Shown here in pieces: positions 50,580-63,260 of a stretch of 64,000 bases of DNA. Under the pieces are notes generated by a model. That model was not told where the DNA came from. It worked only from the letters and a program-made list of their open reading frames with translations, and searched no databases. Made by a program: the position numbers and the translations under genes. The DNA comes from Octopus sinensis. Taxonomy: Eukaryota. The first letter of the stretch is position 1; every line of letters starts with the position of its first letter. The DNA lies in the NCBI RefSeq assembly GCF_006345805.1, contig NW_021830460.1, forward strand, positions 15,321 through 79,320. The letters run 5' to 3'.

Positions 50580-51210
50580 CATTATATATGTATATATATA
50601 TATATATATATATAAATGTATATGTATATATTATGGGGAAGGTGAACATGAGAGTGCTTTTACTCAGCGTGCGTGTATGTGTGTGCGTGCGTTTGTGTAC
50701 CTACTTGTGAAGATCTCGCCATCATCCTGATTCCGATATCCGGTGTAAATATTTATGCAGAGAGGTGACTATGAATACGCTGTTGTCAAGCTTCTTGTGT
50801 CGGTCGCTAACCAGGCCGACAAGAAACCCTATCTCAAACTTATTCATTTCCTCCACTTCCTTCTTGTCTTAACCTTCCTCTCCTTCTTATTCATTTTCTC
50901 TCTTTCTACTCCTTCTCTTTTTCCCCCTACTCTCTCTCTCTCTCTCTGCTTCCAACATCTTCTTCCCACATATTCACTCCCACTCCTTTCTCCCCCTCTT
51001 CTCCCCATTTCACACATACCCTTTCCTTTTCTTTCCTTCGAACACTTCAATCCCACACATATTGAACTACAAATATTCAGTAATTTCCTAAAAATATCCG
51101 CCATGTCCAGGTACGGAAGGAGAAGAAGACGATTCTTCGCTAAAATAAAAAAATAACTTCGAAGGAAATGCCGGAAACTCGTCTTCCATATTCGCAAAGT
51201 TCACACGTTA

Positions 51211-51275
<65 letters not shown>

Positions 51276-51803
51276 TAATTAAGGGTAGAAATTGATATTA
51301 GTCAATTAAAACCAGTGGTCTAGCATATTAAAAAGAATCCGAAGATTGAAATATTTATATATACCAATTAAGGACTGAACACGAAAAGTGGACAGTCAAC
51401 ATGCTAGATATAGACGTCAAATTGCCATTCTCCACAAAGATTATGTTCTCAAATAAAATAAAATTCAGCACAAAAGTAAAGGCATTTGAAAGATACATTC
51501 GAACTTAATCGGTTGTACTTTATGCATGCGAAACTCCGGTATCGTTTTTTGCATCTAGTCTAGCAAATTATGTTCATAACAGACTGTGCTGACGAAGTTA
51601 CAGATATCCTTGTGATATTAATAACTGAAACTGATCGGTACACAGGTGATTATTTCATTTCGTATATTTTCATTTGTCTTATTTATTGCTTTGGTTTGTG
51701 CTGAATTTTATTTTATTTGAGAACATAATCTTTGTGGAGAATGGTGATTTGACGTCTATATCTAGCATGTTGACTGTCCACTTTTCGTGTTCAGTCCTTA
51801 ATT

Positions 51804-51872
<69 letters not shown>

Positions 51873-51880
<8 letters not shown>

Positions 51881-52084
51881 ACGCGTGTGTACCGTTGGCG
51901 ATTTGTTTCCTCGTCGTCTTCCCTTCTCTGGATCTTTCCTTTTCCTATGTTTCTCACGAAGAGCTCCGCTCGAAACGTTAAACCCTCCTTCTTCACTTCC
52001 TTCCTGAGCGTCCAATAATACTATATTTGTTCCACGTCTTCGCGTTGTTGTGTTTTTTCTTTGTGTTTTCATGTTTGGATTAAC
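51873..52084 (+). mobile_element. ~200-bp hammerhead-bearing short repeat (copy 1), probably Penelope-derived
   Basis: Reverse complement of 58584-58763 and 61067-61268; motif at 51949-51983 with degenerate core; flanked by (TA)n. Confidence 0.6.
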
Positions 52085-52120
<36 letters not shown>

Positions 52121-52129
52121 GATAGATAT

Positions 52130-52253
<124 letters not shown>

Positions 52254-52477
52254 GTACACACACACACACACACTGGCCGAAACCTATCAAGGTTATCAAA
52301 AATATATATATATATATATAGGGTGAGAGAGTTGGTATGGGAAAGCACGTTGTTGGATGTATAAAAAAAAAACAATATAGAATGAAAGAACTACAGAAGA
52401 TTTGTATTATATGGTTAAGATATATATTACACATATTAAGTTGTTTGTGTATATTCTTTTATTTGTTTTAGAAATTT

Positions 52478-52660
52478 GTCTGCGGCCATGCTGGAACACC
52501 GCCTTTAGTCGAACAAATCGAATCTTATATTTTGTAACCTATGTTTTTTTTATTTTATCACCTCTTTTCCCGAACCGCTATGTTACAGGGACGTAAACAC
52601 ACCAACATCGATTGTCAAGCGATGGTGCGGGGAAGAAACACAGATACACAAATACATATA
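52478..52660 (-). mobile_element. 3' half of CR1-tailed SINE
   Basis: Matches 57835-58010. Confidence 0.65.
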
Positions 52661-52894
52661 TACATATACATAAATATATACATATACATATATATATATA
52701 GATAGATAGATAGATATAGATATAGTAGATTATATATATATATATATATATATATATAGATAGATATATAGATATAGATATATATATACATACATATATA
52801 CATATACATTTACATATATATTAAACTTCTAAATGTCTCAAAGAGACATGAGCGGTGGTGGAGCGATAGGGTGGTTGTATACTGTCAACTTAAC

Positions 52895-53001
52895 GTGACA
52901 GTCCCGTATGGGAATTACACCACCGCTTTTTAGCCCTAGGAAGCGTTCGATGCTTCCTAGGGCTAAACAGCGGTGGTGTAATTCCCATACGGGACTATCA
53001 C
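52895..53001. repeat. Near-perfect ~50-bp-arm hairpin
   Basis: 52895-52944 is the reverse complement of 52952-53001 with two mismatches. Confidence 0.9.
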
Positions 53002-53007
53002 CATATA

Positions 53008-53048
<41 letters not shown>

Positions 53049-53125
53049 TATATATATATTGGAACCATGATTGACCGCTAGCTACAATTTTTAAAACTTC
53101 TCTCTCTGTTTATTTCCTCGTGTTC

Positions 53126-53161
53126 CTTTCTGTTGAAGAGCGTAGGCTCGAAACGTAAAAG
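53126..53161 (+). ncRNA. Minimal hammerhead-like motif (A6U core change)
   Basis: cttt CTGTTGA A GAGC gtag GCTC GAAAC GTA aaag; perfect 4-bp helices I and II. Confidence 0.5.
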
Positions 53162-53694
53162 ACTTTCTCACCTTCCCCAGCGTTAAACTAATACACCTGT
53201 TTGTTGTTTATACACCTGTCTTTGTCTTTCGTTTTTCTGTAAATTTTAACTATATTTATATATACATATTTCGTTTTGGGATTTGGCTTGCAAGATTCTT
53301 TATATGAATTCATGTGTTGAAGCATATTCTGTTGTGTCTGGGGAGAGTCATTCTCTTTTAGTGCTTTATTATTTAACACCCTCACCGGTAAACTTTCCAC
53401 TTATTTTTATTTTCTAAAATTTTCGTTGCGTCTTGCAACCTTTTCAATAGTATTGGCTTAGATTTTCTTTTGGGGCTGACCAGATCGGAGCAATCTCAAG
53501 ATTAATCAGCTGAAATTGCGAGGATGATCTGGTTCTTGACTGAAGATCGAAGGCTTCAAATGTCTCATCCGTGTTTTTTGTATCGTCTTCTAAATGTTTT
53601 GCGTTCTTGTCCCAGTTTGTATTTATATATGTAAGTACATATTTATATAATATATATAATATATATATATATATATATCATAATATATATATAT

Positions 53695-53739
<45 letters not shown>

Positions 53740-54603
53740 CATATATGTGCGTGAGTGTGTTTTGTGTGTGTATGTGTAATGCGGTAGTCTGCTCCTATTC
53801 AAAGCTGACTACTCCTTGTTACAAGAGCACGAAGCAGCTTTTGAGTGTCGGGAGCTGTCTGAAATTTGCATTACAGTTAATACAGATACGTATCACCTCA
53901 ATTGGCAGTGGTTTTATTCTTGTCTTACTGCTGGATATATTTCAACGCCATTTTAAACCAGCGCGTGACTTACATAGCTTATTACAAATGACCTTTGTGC
54001 CATTTGGACCAGCTGCATAAAGATGAGACGGGAGATGTGAACTTAAGGCAGCTGCCTTGGAGAAGCAAGTCTTAATACATGTTGAGCAACTGAACGATGA
54101 CGCTCTCGAGGTATTTTTTGGAGGGGCGGGGTTGTATATATTTTATTGCTTTCTTCAAAATCTTTTGCCCCTGATCAGATCTTTTTGCACCATTTATTTC
54201 TCCCAGAAGCAATAGATGTATATGGTATATTCAAGTCCACAATTTTGACTTTTAGCAACCGTTTTCTTTTCATTTGCTTCCTTTCTTGTTCCGTTATTTT
54301 TAGGATGTGTTGCACTGCTTTTGCTTACCGACAGTTACCTCACCATAAAAAAAAAACGGTTAGCGATTCGCTCATTCCCCTATCCGTATTAAATGGCCTG
54401 TCTACTTCAGCTGACTGGAAACCAGGAAAGCGTGGGGCGATGAGATTCTTGCTCTCTCGAAAACCTATAAACGGTTTTCAACTAATCCTGAGAAGTTGAG
54501 TAAGATACACCTTATTCGCTGTGAGAACAGAATGCTTACAACCACCATATACAGTTCTTTAAACGCTTTCACCAAAACTATACACACACACACACACACA
54601 CAC

Positions 54604-54636
<33 letters not shown>

Positions 54637-54822
54637 TGTATGTATGTATGTATGTATGTATGTATGTATGTATGTATGTATAAGAAATTAAAGAAGGAAA
54701 ATGCACACACTTTACATAGTTTTAATATTATATTTTAATATATCTTGTATTACGGTTTGTCAACAGGTTTCGCTTTCGCTATTCATGACACTAAAATTTA
54801 TTTAAATACGTATTTTCTTAAG

Positions 54823-54925
54823 TGAGCAGGCGTGGCTGTGTGGTAACAAGTTTGCATTCCAACCACAGGGTTCTGGCTTCGGTCCCACTGCGTGGAAACT
54901 TGGGTGAGTGTATTCTACTATAGTC
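54823..54925 (+). mobile_element. SINE head fragment
   Basis: GTGGCTGTGTGGTAACAAG..CCAACCACAGGGTTC..TTCGGTCCCACTGCGTGG. Confidence 0.65.
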
Positions 54926-55227
54926 TGTAATGATGTTAACTGAAAGTCAGACGAGGAAAAAATACGAGGATGTACCGTAAATAAATTTTAAAGAAACGAT
55001 AAAAGTAAATGAAAAAAGCTTTTCAACGAATTCCCTAGGAAGATAAAAGAAATACGAAAGAAATCCAAAGTAATGAAAATAAGAACAACTTCAAGAGAAA
55101 AGACATGAAGCAATGATGAAGAAAGGGAGCGGGGTTGTATTCTTATACATACATACATACATACATACATACATACATACATACATACATACATACATAC
55201 ATACATACATGCATGCATGCATGCATG

Positions 55228-55259
<32 letters not shown>

Positions 55260-55520
55260 CATACATACATACATACATGCATGCATGCATGCATGCATAC
55301 ATACATACATACATACATATATATATATATACATACATATATACACACACATATATACATCTAGCTTTTATCTCTTTCGGTCTACCAAAGCCATTCACAA
55401 TGCTTTGGCCAGCTCAGAGATAGAAAGAAAGGAGAGAGAGAGGGGGAGATAGACATGTACCAAACATACACACGTCTCTTAGTCTCTCTGTCTCTCTCTC
55501 TTTCTTCATTCATTTTATTC

Positions 55521-55557
<37 letters not shown>

Positions 55558-55698
55558 GCATATATATAATATATATATATCATATATATTATATTATTGA
55601 TAGAAATGGCAAGACAACAAAAGAATGAAGAGACCTCGATATTATGTAAATAGAGTATTTATCTGTAAATATAATATGTGACAATTATTGGTAGCCAT

Positions 55699-55759
55699 GA
55701 TAAAACTCCGAGTTTCAGATGTCGGGGCGGAAACCCACGCCGGCATCTCTTCAGTTATC
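55699..55759 (-). ncRNA. Type I hammerhead ribozyme candidate with intact core
   Basis: Minus strand: gataa CTGAAGA GATG..CATC T GAAA CTCGGAG T T ttatc; helix I GATAA/TTATC, helix II GATG/CATC, quasi-palindromic helix III, GUU site. Confidence 0.65.
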
Positions 55760-56255
55760 GGGCCATCGGAAAAAATGCTATGAAAATTACCTTTGTTTAA
55801 CGGTCATTTTCATAGCTGGTCACTTTATACCCAGAACAGTGGCCTTTGACCACTTAAGGCAATAAAAACTGGAGAGAAAATTCTTTCTGTACCAAAAACA
55901 AGCCGTACGCGTGTGAACGCGCGAGCGTAATACACACAGAGAACTTTGTGTGTGTGTGTATCTGTCTATATACAGCGAGCTAAAAAAAGATATACCGTTC
56001 GTCTTTTTATGTGTTAAATTTTACAATCATTACAGAAGACTCTGTGAGGGACTATGTTTGATATTTGCAGATAATAAAAGTGCGTTGATTATGAATTTTG
56101 ATTGAAAAGATGGGGCCTCAAAACAAAAGGTTGCAGGGAACCTCTAAAAGTCATGCGATGGCCCTACCGATTGCAAGCCCCCAAAAAGCATTCAACATAC
56201 ATTCAAGGATATCTTCGAAAATATTTTCTCCTGAATTATTTGCTCCGTATTGAAA

Positions 56256-56299
<44 letters not shown>

Positions 56300-56335
56300 A
56301 TATTTGTATATATGCATATATCTATCTATCTATAG

Positions 56336-56371
<36 letters not shown>

Positions 56372-56771
56372 CAAATTGAGGATAGGGGTTGTAAATGCAA
56401 CCCTCCATGGGATAACATATATCCAATATATGCTAGTGAAGTACCCAATAAGGTTAATACATAAACGTCAAGGATTGCGATGCAATCAATTCATTTACTG
56501 TATCATATGGGCAAAGGTAAAATGATTTACCCACAAATACTAATACAAGATAAGAAAATGGAGAATACATCTAAATCAAATATCCGTTACCAGATAATAC
56601 TCAATCACATACTTTATTAACCACCACATAAGAGACTGTAGGGTTAACATAAAAAAGCAGAACAAATCAGTTACATAAAGGAATGTACATAAAAGAGTAA
56701 TGTGTATAATAAGTAGAATATATATAAAAAAGAGAATATAAATATAAGTAAATATAAATATAAGTATAGAT

Positions 56772-56901
56772 TACATCTTACAGCTGTTTCGGCCATGTAG
56801 ATAAGTATGTCTCATTTTACCAATATTAGCCTTATGTAGGTCAATATATAGATATAAATGAGACATTTACAAAAATATCATAAGGCCTCCTCGGAGATAT
56901 A
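56772..56901 (-). ncRNA. Type I hammerhead candidate with ~90-nt helix II extension
   Basis: Minus strand: tatatct CCGAGGA GGCC [89 nt] GGCC GAA ACAGCTGT A agatgta; 7-bp helix I with one G-U; palindromic helix III. Confidence 0.6.
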
Positions 56902-57318
56902 CATATACATATGAGTGCATATACTCACACTCCTATACATATAAAAATATACATATACATAATAATGTAAATAAATAATATGAATTAGTAAATATATATA
57001 TGTTCCACATTCAATGTTTCAGTTCTTCAACTTAATATTATGATAATAAACATACACATATTAGTACCTAGATGCAAATATACATAGTCAATAGTACATT
57101 ATATTACTTCCTACTAATTTCCAAAGTGTCATTAAAGTTAGTATCATAATCGTTGTCAATACCATTAATGCTACCATTATTATCATTCATAATATTATTA
57201 ATAACGCTTACATTAGGATCCGAAGTGGCACATATGTATGTCCGGGTTCCAGTTAGTAATTTTCCTTATGACATAAATACACTATTGGATTTGAATTTAA
57301 ATTATCATTGTCTTCAGC

Positions 57319-57708
57319 ATGGTTGGTCCGTTGAGAGCCGCCCGACCTCCACCACACCGCACAAGAAAAACATACACATCAAACCCTAAACCCACACGTC
57401 CACATAAAAACCCACACACACATGAATACACCCCGACACATCCCTACACATTCACTAGATTGCAGAGTGCATGTCTGTCATCGCATGGCTTATAGACAAA
57501 TCAGTACAGGCAGCAGTGTCTGTACACTAACACACGCACTCACACGCAATCTAGTAAATGTGTAGGGATGTGTCGGGGTGTATTCATGTGTGTGTGCATG
57601 TGTGTGTGGGTTTTTATGTGAACGTGTGGGTTTAGGGTTGGATGTGGATGTGTATGTTTTTCTTGTGCGGTGTGGTGGAGGTCGGGCGGCTCTCAACGGA
57701 CCAACCAT
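57319..57708. repeat. Foldback structure: 145/163-bp inverted arms, 82-bp spacer
   Basis: 57319-57463 is the reverse complement of 57546-57708 apart from small (TG)n length differences and a few substitutions. Confidence 0.85.
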
Positions 57709-57805
57709 ATATATATAAATATATATATATATACATACATATATATACATACACATATATATACATATATATATACATACATATACATACATATATATAT
57801 ATATA

Positions 57806-58211
57806 TCTTTTACTCTTTTACTTGTTTCAGCCATTTGACTGCGGCCATGCTGGAGCACCGCCTTTAGTCGAGCAAGTCGACCCCAGGACTTATTCTTTGT
57901 AAGCCCAGTACTTATTCTATCGGTCCCTTTTGCCGAACCGCTAAGTGACGGGGACGTAAACACACCAGCATCGGTTGTCAAGAAATGCTAGGGGGACAAA
58001 CACAGACACTCAAACATATACACACACATACATATATATATATACATATATACGACAGACTTTTTTCAGTTTCCGTCTAACAAATCCACTCACAAGGCAT
58101 TGGTCGGCCGGGGCGATAGCAGAAGACACTTGCCCAAGATGCCAGCAGTGGGACTGAACCCGGAACCATGTGGTTGGTAAGCAAGCTACTTACCACACAG
58201 CCACTCCTGCG

Positions 58212-58212
<1 letters not shown>
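57806..58212 (-). mobile_element. Full-length composite tRNA-derived SINE with CR1-like 3' tail
   Basis: Head GCGCAGGAGTGGCTGTGTGGTAAG..GGTTCCGGGTTCAGTCCC; body; tail GGCGGTGCTCCAGCATGGCCGCAGTCAAATGGCTGAAACA + (AGTAAAAG) repeats. Confidence 0.85.
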
Positions 58213-58282
<70 letters not shown>

Positions 58283-58311
58283 AAAAAAGGAGATGTCGAA
58301 CACGAGTGGTG

Positions 58312-58537
58312 ATATATAAAAAAGGAAATGAAGAAAATGCTGACAAATAATTGAAGTAATTTAAGTAATTTAATTAGGTGAAAGTTCTTTTTACCGGTTG
58401 CGCATTGTTATGCTTATCAAAATATGTTAATATTTGATAAGCATAACAAATGCGCAACCGGTAAAAGAACTTTCACTAATAAATTACTTAAATTACTTCA
58501 ATTATTGTCAGCATTTCTTCATTTCCTTTTTATATAT
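58312..58537. repeat. ~225-bp near-perfect palindrome with a mirrored degenerate hammerhead-like motif
   Basis: Arms ~58312-58424 and ~58430-58537 differ almost only by single-base indels; loop ~5 nt. Confidence 0.9.
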
Positions 58538-58583
58538 ATATATATATATAATATATATATATATATATTATATATATATATAT

Positions 58584-58763
58584 GTTAATCCAAACAAGAA
58601 AACACAAAAAAAAACACAGTAACGCTAGGAAGTGGAACAAAATATAGTATTTTGGACGCTCGGGAAGAAGGAAAGAAGGAGGGTTTAACGTTTCGAGTGG
58701 AGCTCTTCGTCGGAAACATAGGAGAAGGAAGACAGAGGAAAAAAATCGCCAAACGGTACACAT
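58584..58763 (-). mobile_element. ~200-bp hammerhead-bearing short repeat (copy 2)
   Basis: Motif 58683-58717 minus: gttt CCGACGA A GAGC tcc ACTC GAAAC GTT aaac; flanked by (TA)n. Confidence 0.6.
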
Positions 58764-59763
58764 TATATTTGTATATACACATACAAACATATATTATATA
58801 TATATGTGTGGTGTGTGTATATATATATATAATATATATTATATATTATATATATATATATTATATATATATATGTATGCATGTATGTATGTATGTACGT
58901 ATATATATATATATATGGATATATAATATATCAAAGCAATGAGTCTGAGCTCATACAACGGATATAACCGATATATTTTGTATATGTCCCGACACATTTA
59001 TGGGTGTGAAACTTCCTGTTAATAAAAATTTACTCTTCCAAGCTGCAATTCACATCATTTGATGTCCACAATAACTATTGCAGTGTCCACTGTGGCAATT
59101 TCCCATTAAGCATTTAGTTAAATAAGCTCTATGTTTTTAATTAACATTCATAAGCAAATTTCTTATTTGAAGTCCCATTTGATTATTTTAAACGCAATGG
59201 TAGAAAGACGTTATGAAAATTCTTCAAGGGCTGACATGGATGGATAGGCAGATATTTCGGAGCGTCGGAAGAAATTGCCTTCTAGAATTTAAGATACTTC
59301 ACGTTCTGTGTTGAAAACTCTAAAGACGTCAACTTTAGCATTCATTTTAGCATTCATTTTCCGGGGTAAACCCCTCGAGTTTCAGACCTTGTCAGAAGTA
59401 GTTATTCTTGAAGGCCTTCTTGAAAGTATGGCGCCAGAAGACCATATAAGATATTGATAGGGTGATCTCTTAAAACTACCCATCTATTTTGCCTCTGTAA
59501 AATAACATTTATCTTTATACAACCAAATCCGTCTTGTTGTAAGCAAGTACAGCTATGAGAGGGGGTGGTTCAAAAATGTGCAGAAAGATGAAGCGAACGT
59601 TGTGTGACTTAAATTACTGTACAACACATTTGATGTTTGTGAACGGACGAAGGGCCTCTTAAAGTAACGTCAGAATCATTACACGATGGCTTTATCAGCT
59701 ATAAACAACAGCCAATATCGACAGGGTTGACCATAATATCTTACTTTCAAAATTGGCAAATGT

Positions 59764-60870
59764 TGGAATCTGTGGTCTATTCCCTGGCGAATAGAACACA
59801 ACATGTTGTGGTCGATGGAGTCCACTCAAGCCCAGTAAAAGTCACCAGTGGTGTCCCTCGGGGGACTGTCTTGGGCCCGCTCCTCTTTATAATCAACATA
59901 AACGACCTTTCCAGCGTCGTAAATCACTGCAAAGTGAAAATATTTGCTGATGGCACTAAGCTCCAGCAAATATCATCAATGAAGAAGTCCGAACTCAACT
60001 CCGGTCTGATCTATATGCGGTGAGTCAATGGGTAGACAAAAACAAAATGCAACTAAACGAGGGAAAATTTGAGCTGATGCATTTTGGAAGAAAGACTATA
60101 CTAAGACAGCCATACTCTCTTCCTTCAGGGGAACCGCTCACAGCATCTAATAATATCAGAGACCTAGGTGTAATTATTGATAACCATCTCAGTTGGAGTG
60201 CCCACATCAACAATAAGGTCGATATAGCTCGTAGGATGAGCTCCTGGATCTCAAGAACCTTCCGGTCTAGAGAATAAGGTGTCATCATATCACTTTTTTC
60301 CTCCTTTGTATGGCCACACCTCGAATACTGCTGCCCTCTGTGGTTTCCCTTACAAAACAAAACATCTCGAAAATTTAAACACCCCAGAAGGCACTCACTA
60401 AACGAATTCTTTAATTCTTGACTGATCTCAATTACTGGGACTGTCTTAAAGACTTGAAACTCTACTCTCTCCAGCGCCGCCGCGAGCGGTACATCATTTG
60501 CACGATGTGGAGAATATACCGCCAGCATTACCCAAACGACCTGAACATTAGCTTCAAGGTTCATCCAAGGCTGGGACCATGGACCATACGTCCCTTGCCC
60601 AATTCAGTGTCACAACGTACAGGTATACAGCAACACAATTTCTTTTCCTCAATAGACCCTGCCCTGTTTAACATTGTCCCAAAAACTGATCAAAGAGAAA
60701 AAGGATCCCATCACCTTTAAACGGAGTCTGGACAAATTTCTTCAAGGAATACCAGATAAGCCATCCATACCTGAATACAATTCGACTTAAAATGGATTAA
60801 GATAATCCCATCAGGTGGTGCTCTTGAGTTAGACATGGCCTGGACCAATCTTTGTCGAAACATATCTAAG
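59764..60870 (+). mobile_element. 5'-truncated CR1-like LINE (second family)
   Basis: LANRTQHVVVDG..SGVPRGTVLGPLLF..KIFADGTKL, KMQLNEGKFELMHFG, RDLGVIID, YSLQRRRERY; tail with CTAAG(T/C)TTT repeats. Confidence 0.88.
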
Positions 60871-60882
60871 TTTTCTAAGCTT

Positions 60883-60974
<92 letters not shown>

Positions 60975-61066
60975 TTGAATAAACACCACAGAGATGTATG
61001 TAATATATATAAAACATATATATACGTGCATTTATGTATGTATGTTGTATGTATGTATGTATATAA

Positions 61067-61268
61067 GTTAATCCAAACAGAAAACACAAAAAAAACACAA
61101 CAACGCGAGGACGTGGAACAAATATTGTATTATTGGACGCTCAGGAAAGAAGGGAAGAAGGAGGGTTTAACGTTTGGAGCGGAGCTCTTCGTCGGAAACA
61201 TAGAAGGAAAGATCCCAAGAAGGGAAGACAGAGGAAAAAAATCGCCAACGGTACACACGAGGTCACAT
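61067..61268 (-). mobile_element. ~200-bp hammerhead-bearing short repeat (copy 3)
   Basis: Motif 61165-61199 minus: gttt CCGACGA A GAGC tcc GCTC CAAAC GTT aaac (G12C). Confidence 0.6.
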
Positions 61269-61288
61269 ACATATACATATAATTAAAG

Positions 61289-61563
61289 TTTTCATTCGAA
61301 GTTCCAATTCCTTACCATATTTCATTTCTCTTTATTTCTTACTTTCATGGTTTTTTTTTTCATTAGGTTTCTTCTTCCTTGATAATATTTGTAAAATTGG
61401 CACTAGTTTTGGATTGACATATTGACGCTTCTTGTATATGGACCTACCCAATGGAAAAGGTAAACCTAGACTTCTATCTTAAGGACTTACCTATTCTCAG
61501 CAAAGACCTGTACATGTGCCTTCTTATATATGAATGTAAATATAAATATGTGTGCCCCTGTGG

Positions 61564-61615
<52 letters not shown>

Positions 61616-63055
61616 CTCTCTCCTCCTCAGTATTTCGTATGTCTGCAGATGTGTGAAACTGCAGACTGTACCGAATAGCCGCTTCCTTCCATGACCCACA
61701 TTCGTGAAGCAGCTTGATGAGAGACCGTGTACATTAGCTCTAAACACCGACCGAATAAATAACACATGACTTTTCGACATTTCATCAACTCGTACCACAC
61801 CCAGTGATTATATATTCAAACTCGACTTATATACATCTCATTAGTGAAATGTTTCCATCACATTGCCTTAATTAATGCTGTCACAACCTATATGTGGTCT
61901 TTCAATTTGCTAAAAGTAGTAGCCAAAAACTTGTTTTAAGTAATACACACTACCATCTTATAAAGGACGGCTACATTGGATAATACATGTATGCTCTAAT
62001 GCTCTAACACAAAGTTTAATGTATACCAAGTATAACGTGACAGAAGCAAACCGGAATGTATTCAACTGAAATAACGAAGAATCTTCTATCTGATCTTTCA
62101 GGTTGCTAGAAATGGCTGCAAAATGCAAAGTAAAATTTTTTCCATTGGTTGCTTATAATGGTTCTACAATAATGGTACTGTTGAGGAAAAAATCTCCGCA
62201 TTTGCCTTCCTGTTTTTATCCAACTCCACACTGCTCACTGCAACTAAACTTCAAGCATGACTGCAATAAATAAATAACTTAATACAAATAATACAAAATA
62301 GAATAAAATATATAAATAAATAAATTAAAGGTTAGAATACAGACAAAATTATCTCTTTCAGTTTTCCCCTTTGACTTTTTACAGCTCCATTAGATTTATT
62401 ATCTGGGCATATTGGTCCATTAAAAAACTGCCATTAAAAACTGGGTTATCTCCCCACTAAAAAAGTGAGTTTATGTGGCGACAAGAAATTGGATTAAAAG
62501 GGTTAGATCCCTTTGATTCAATACTTCAACGCATTATTGGCATTTGGCTTCCTCACTATGCATGGTAGGATTTGTTGTAAAAATATTATCAGATTCAGTG
62601 CGATGTTTCATCTTTTCACTTTTCATGTTTCATGTTTATGAATTCTTTTCATTATATTTTTCTTTAGGGTTAAACAATTTTTAGTTGAAGGAGATAACCA
62701 AAATACCGATATTTCACATAAAACGGTGGGGAGATAACCCAATTTTTTAATGGGGGTGAGATACCCAAAAAGTCCCGGTACATTTATTAATCACGCACTT
62801 CAGTGAAGATGATGGTTTCGAAGAAATACGAAAGTTACTGATAAGAGTAATTCGTATGTCAAAGGTCATTTAATTCCTTTACAAAGTAAATACGTCGATT
62901 CCTTTACAAAGAATATATGTCAATATGTCAATCCAAAACTAGTGCCAATTTTACAAATATTATCAAGGAAGAAGAAACCTAATGAAAAAAAAAACATGAA
63001 AGTAAGAAATAAAGAGAAATGAAATATGATAAGGAATTGGAACTTCGAATGAAAA
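61289..63055. repeat. ~138-bp inverted repeat pair enclosing 1492 bp
   Basis: 61289-61426 is the reverse complement of 62919-63055 with about two differences. Confidence 0.85.
62431..62754. mobile_element. Small MITE-like element
   Basis: CCATTAAAAACTGGGTTATCTCCCCA ... TGGGGAGATAACCCAATTTTTTAATGG inverted termini (~26 bp). Confidence 0.5.
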
Positions 63056-63103
63056 ATTGTTTTCGTGAAACCATTTCTCATAGTCTTAAAATTTATCAAT
63101 TTT

Positions 63104-63260
63104 AACTGAGGCGGCGAGCTGGTGGAATAGGTTGCACGCCGGACGGGAACTTCTTCTGGATCTATACGCTCTGAGTCCAAATTCCACCTTTCGTCCTTTG
63201 GGAGTCGATAAAATAAGTACCAGTACGACACTGGGGATCGCTGTAATTGATTAACCCTCT
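63104..63260 (+). mobile_element. SINE
   Basis: GGCGGCGAGCTGG head and GTCGATAAAATAAGTACCAG..CACTGGGGATCG core. Confidence 0.65.

Noticed and set aside
54436-54475. Hammerhead-like GCGATGA..CTCGAAAAC
   Set aside because: There are two core changes, only a 2-bp helix II and no helix I pairing; too weak to count.
59040-59700. Possible degraded Penelope RT on the minus strand
   Set aside because: Only vague IDG/MGS-like words amid many stops; not supportable without a profile search.
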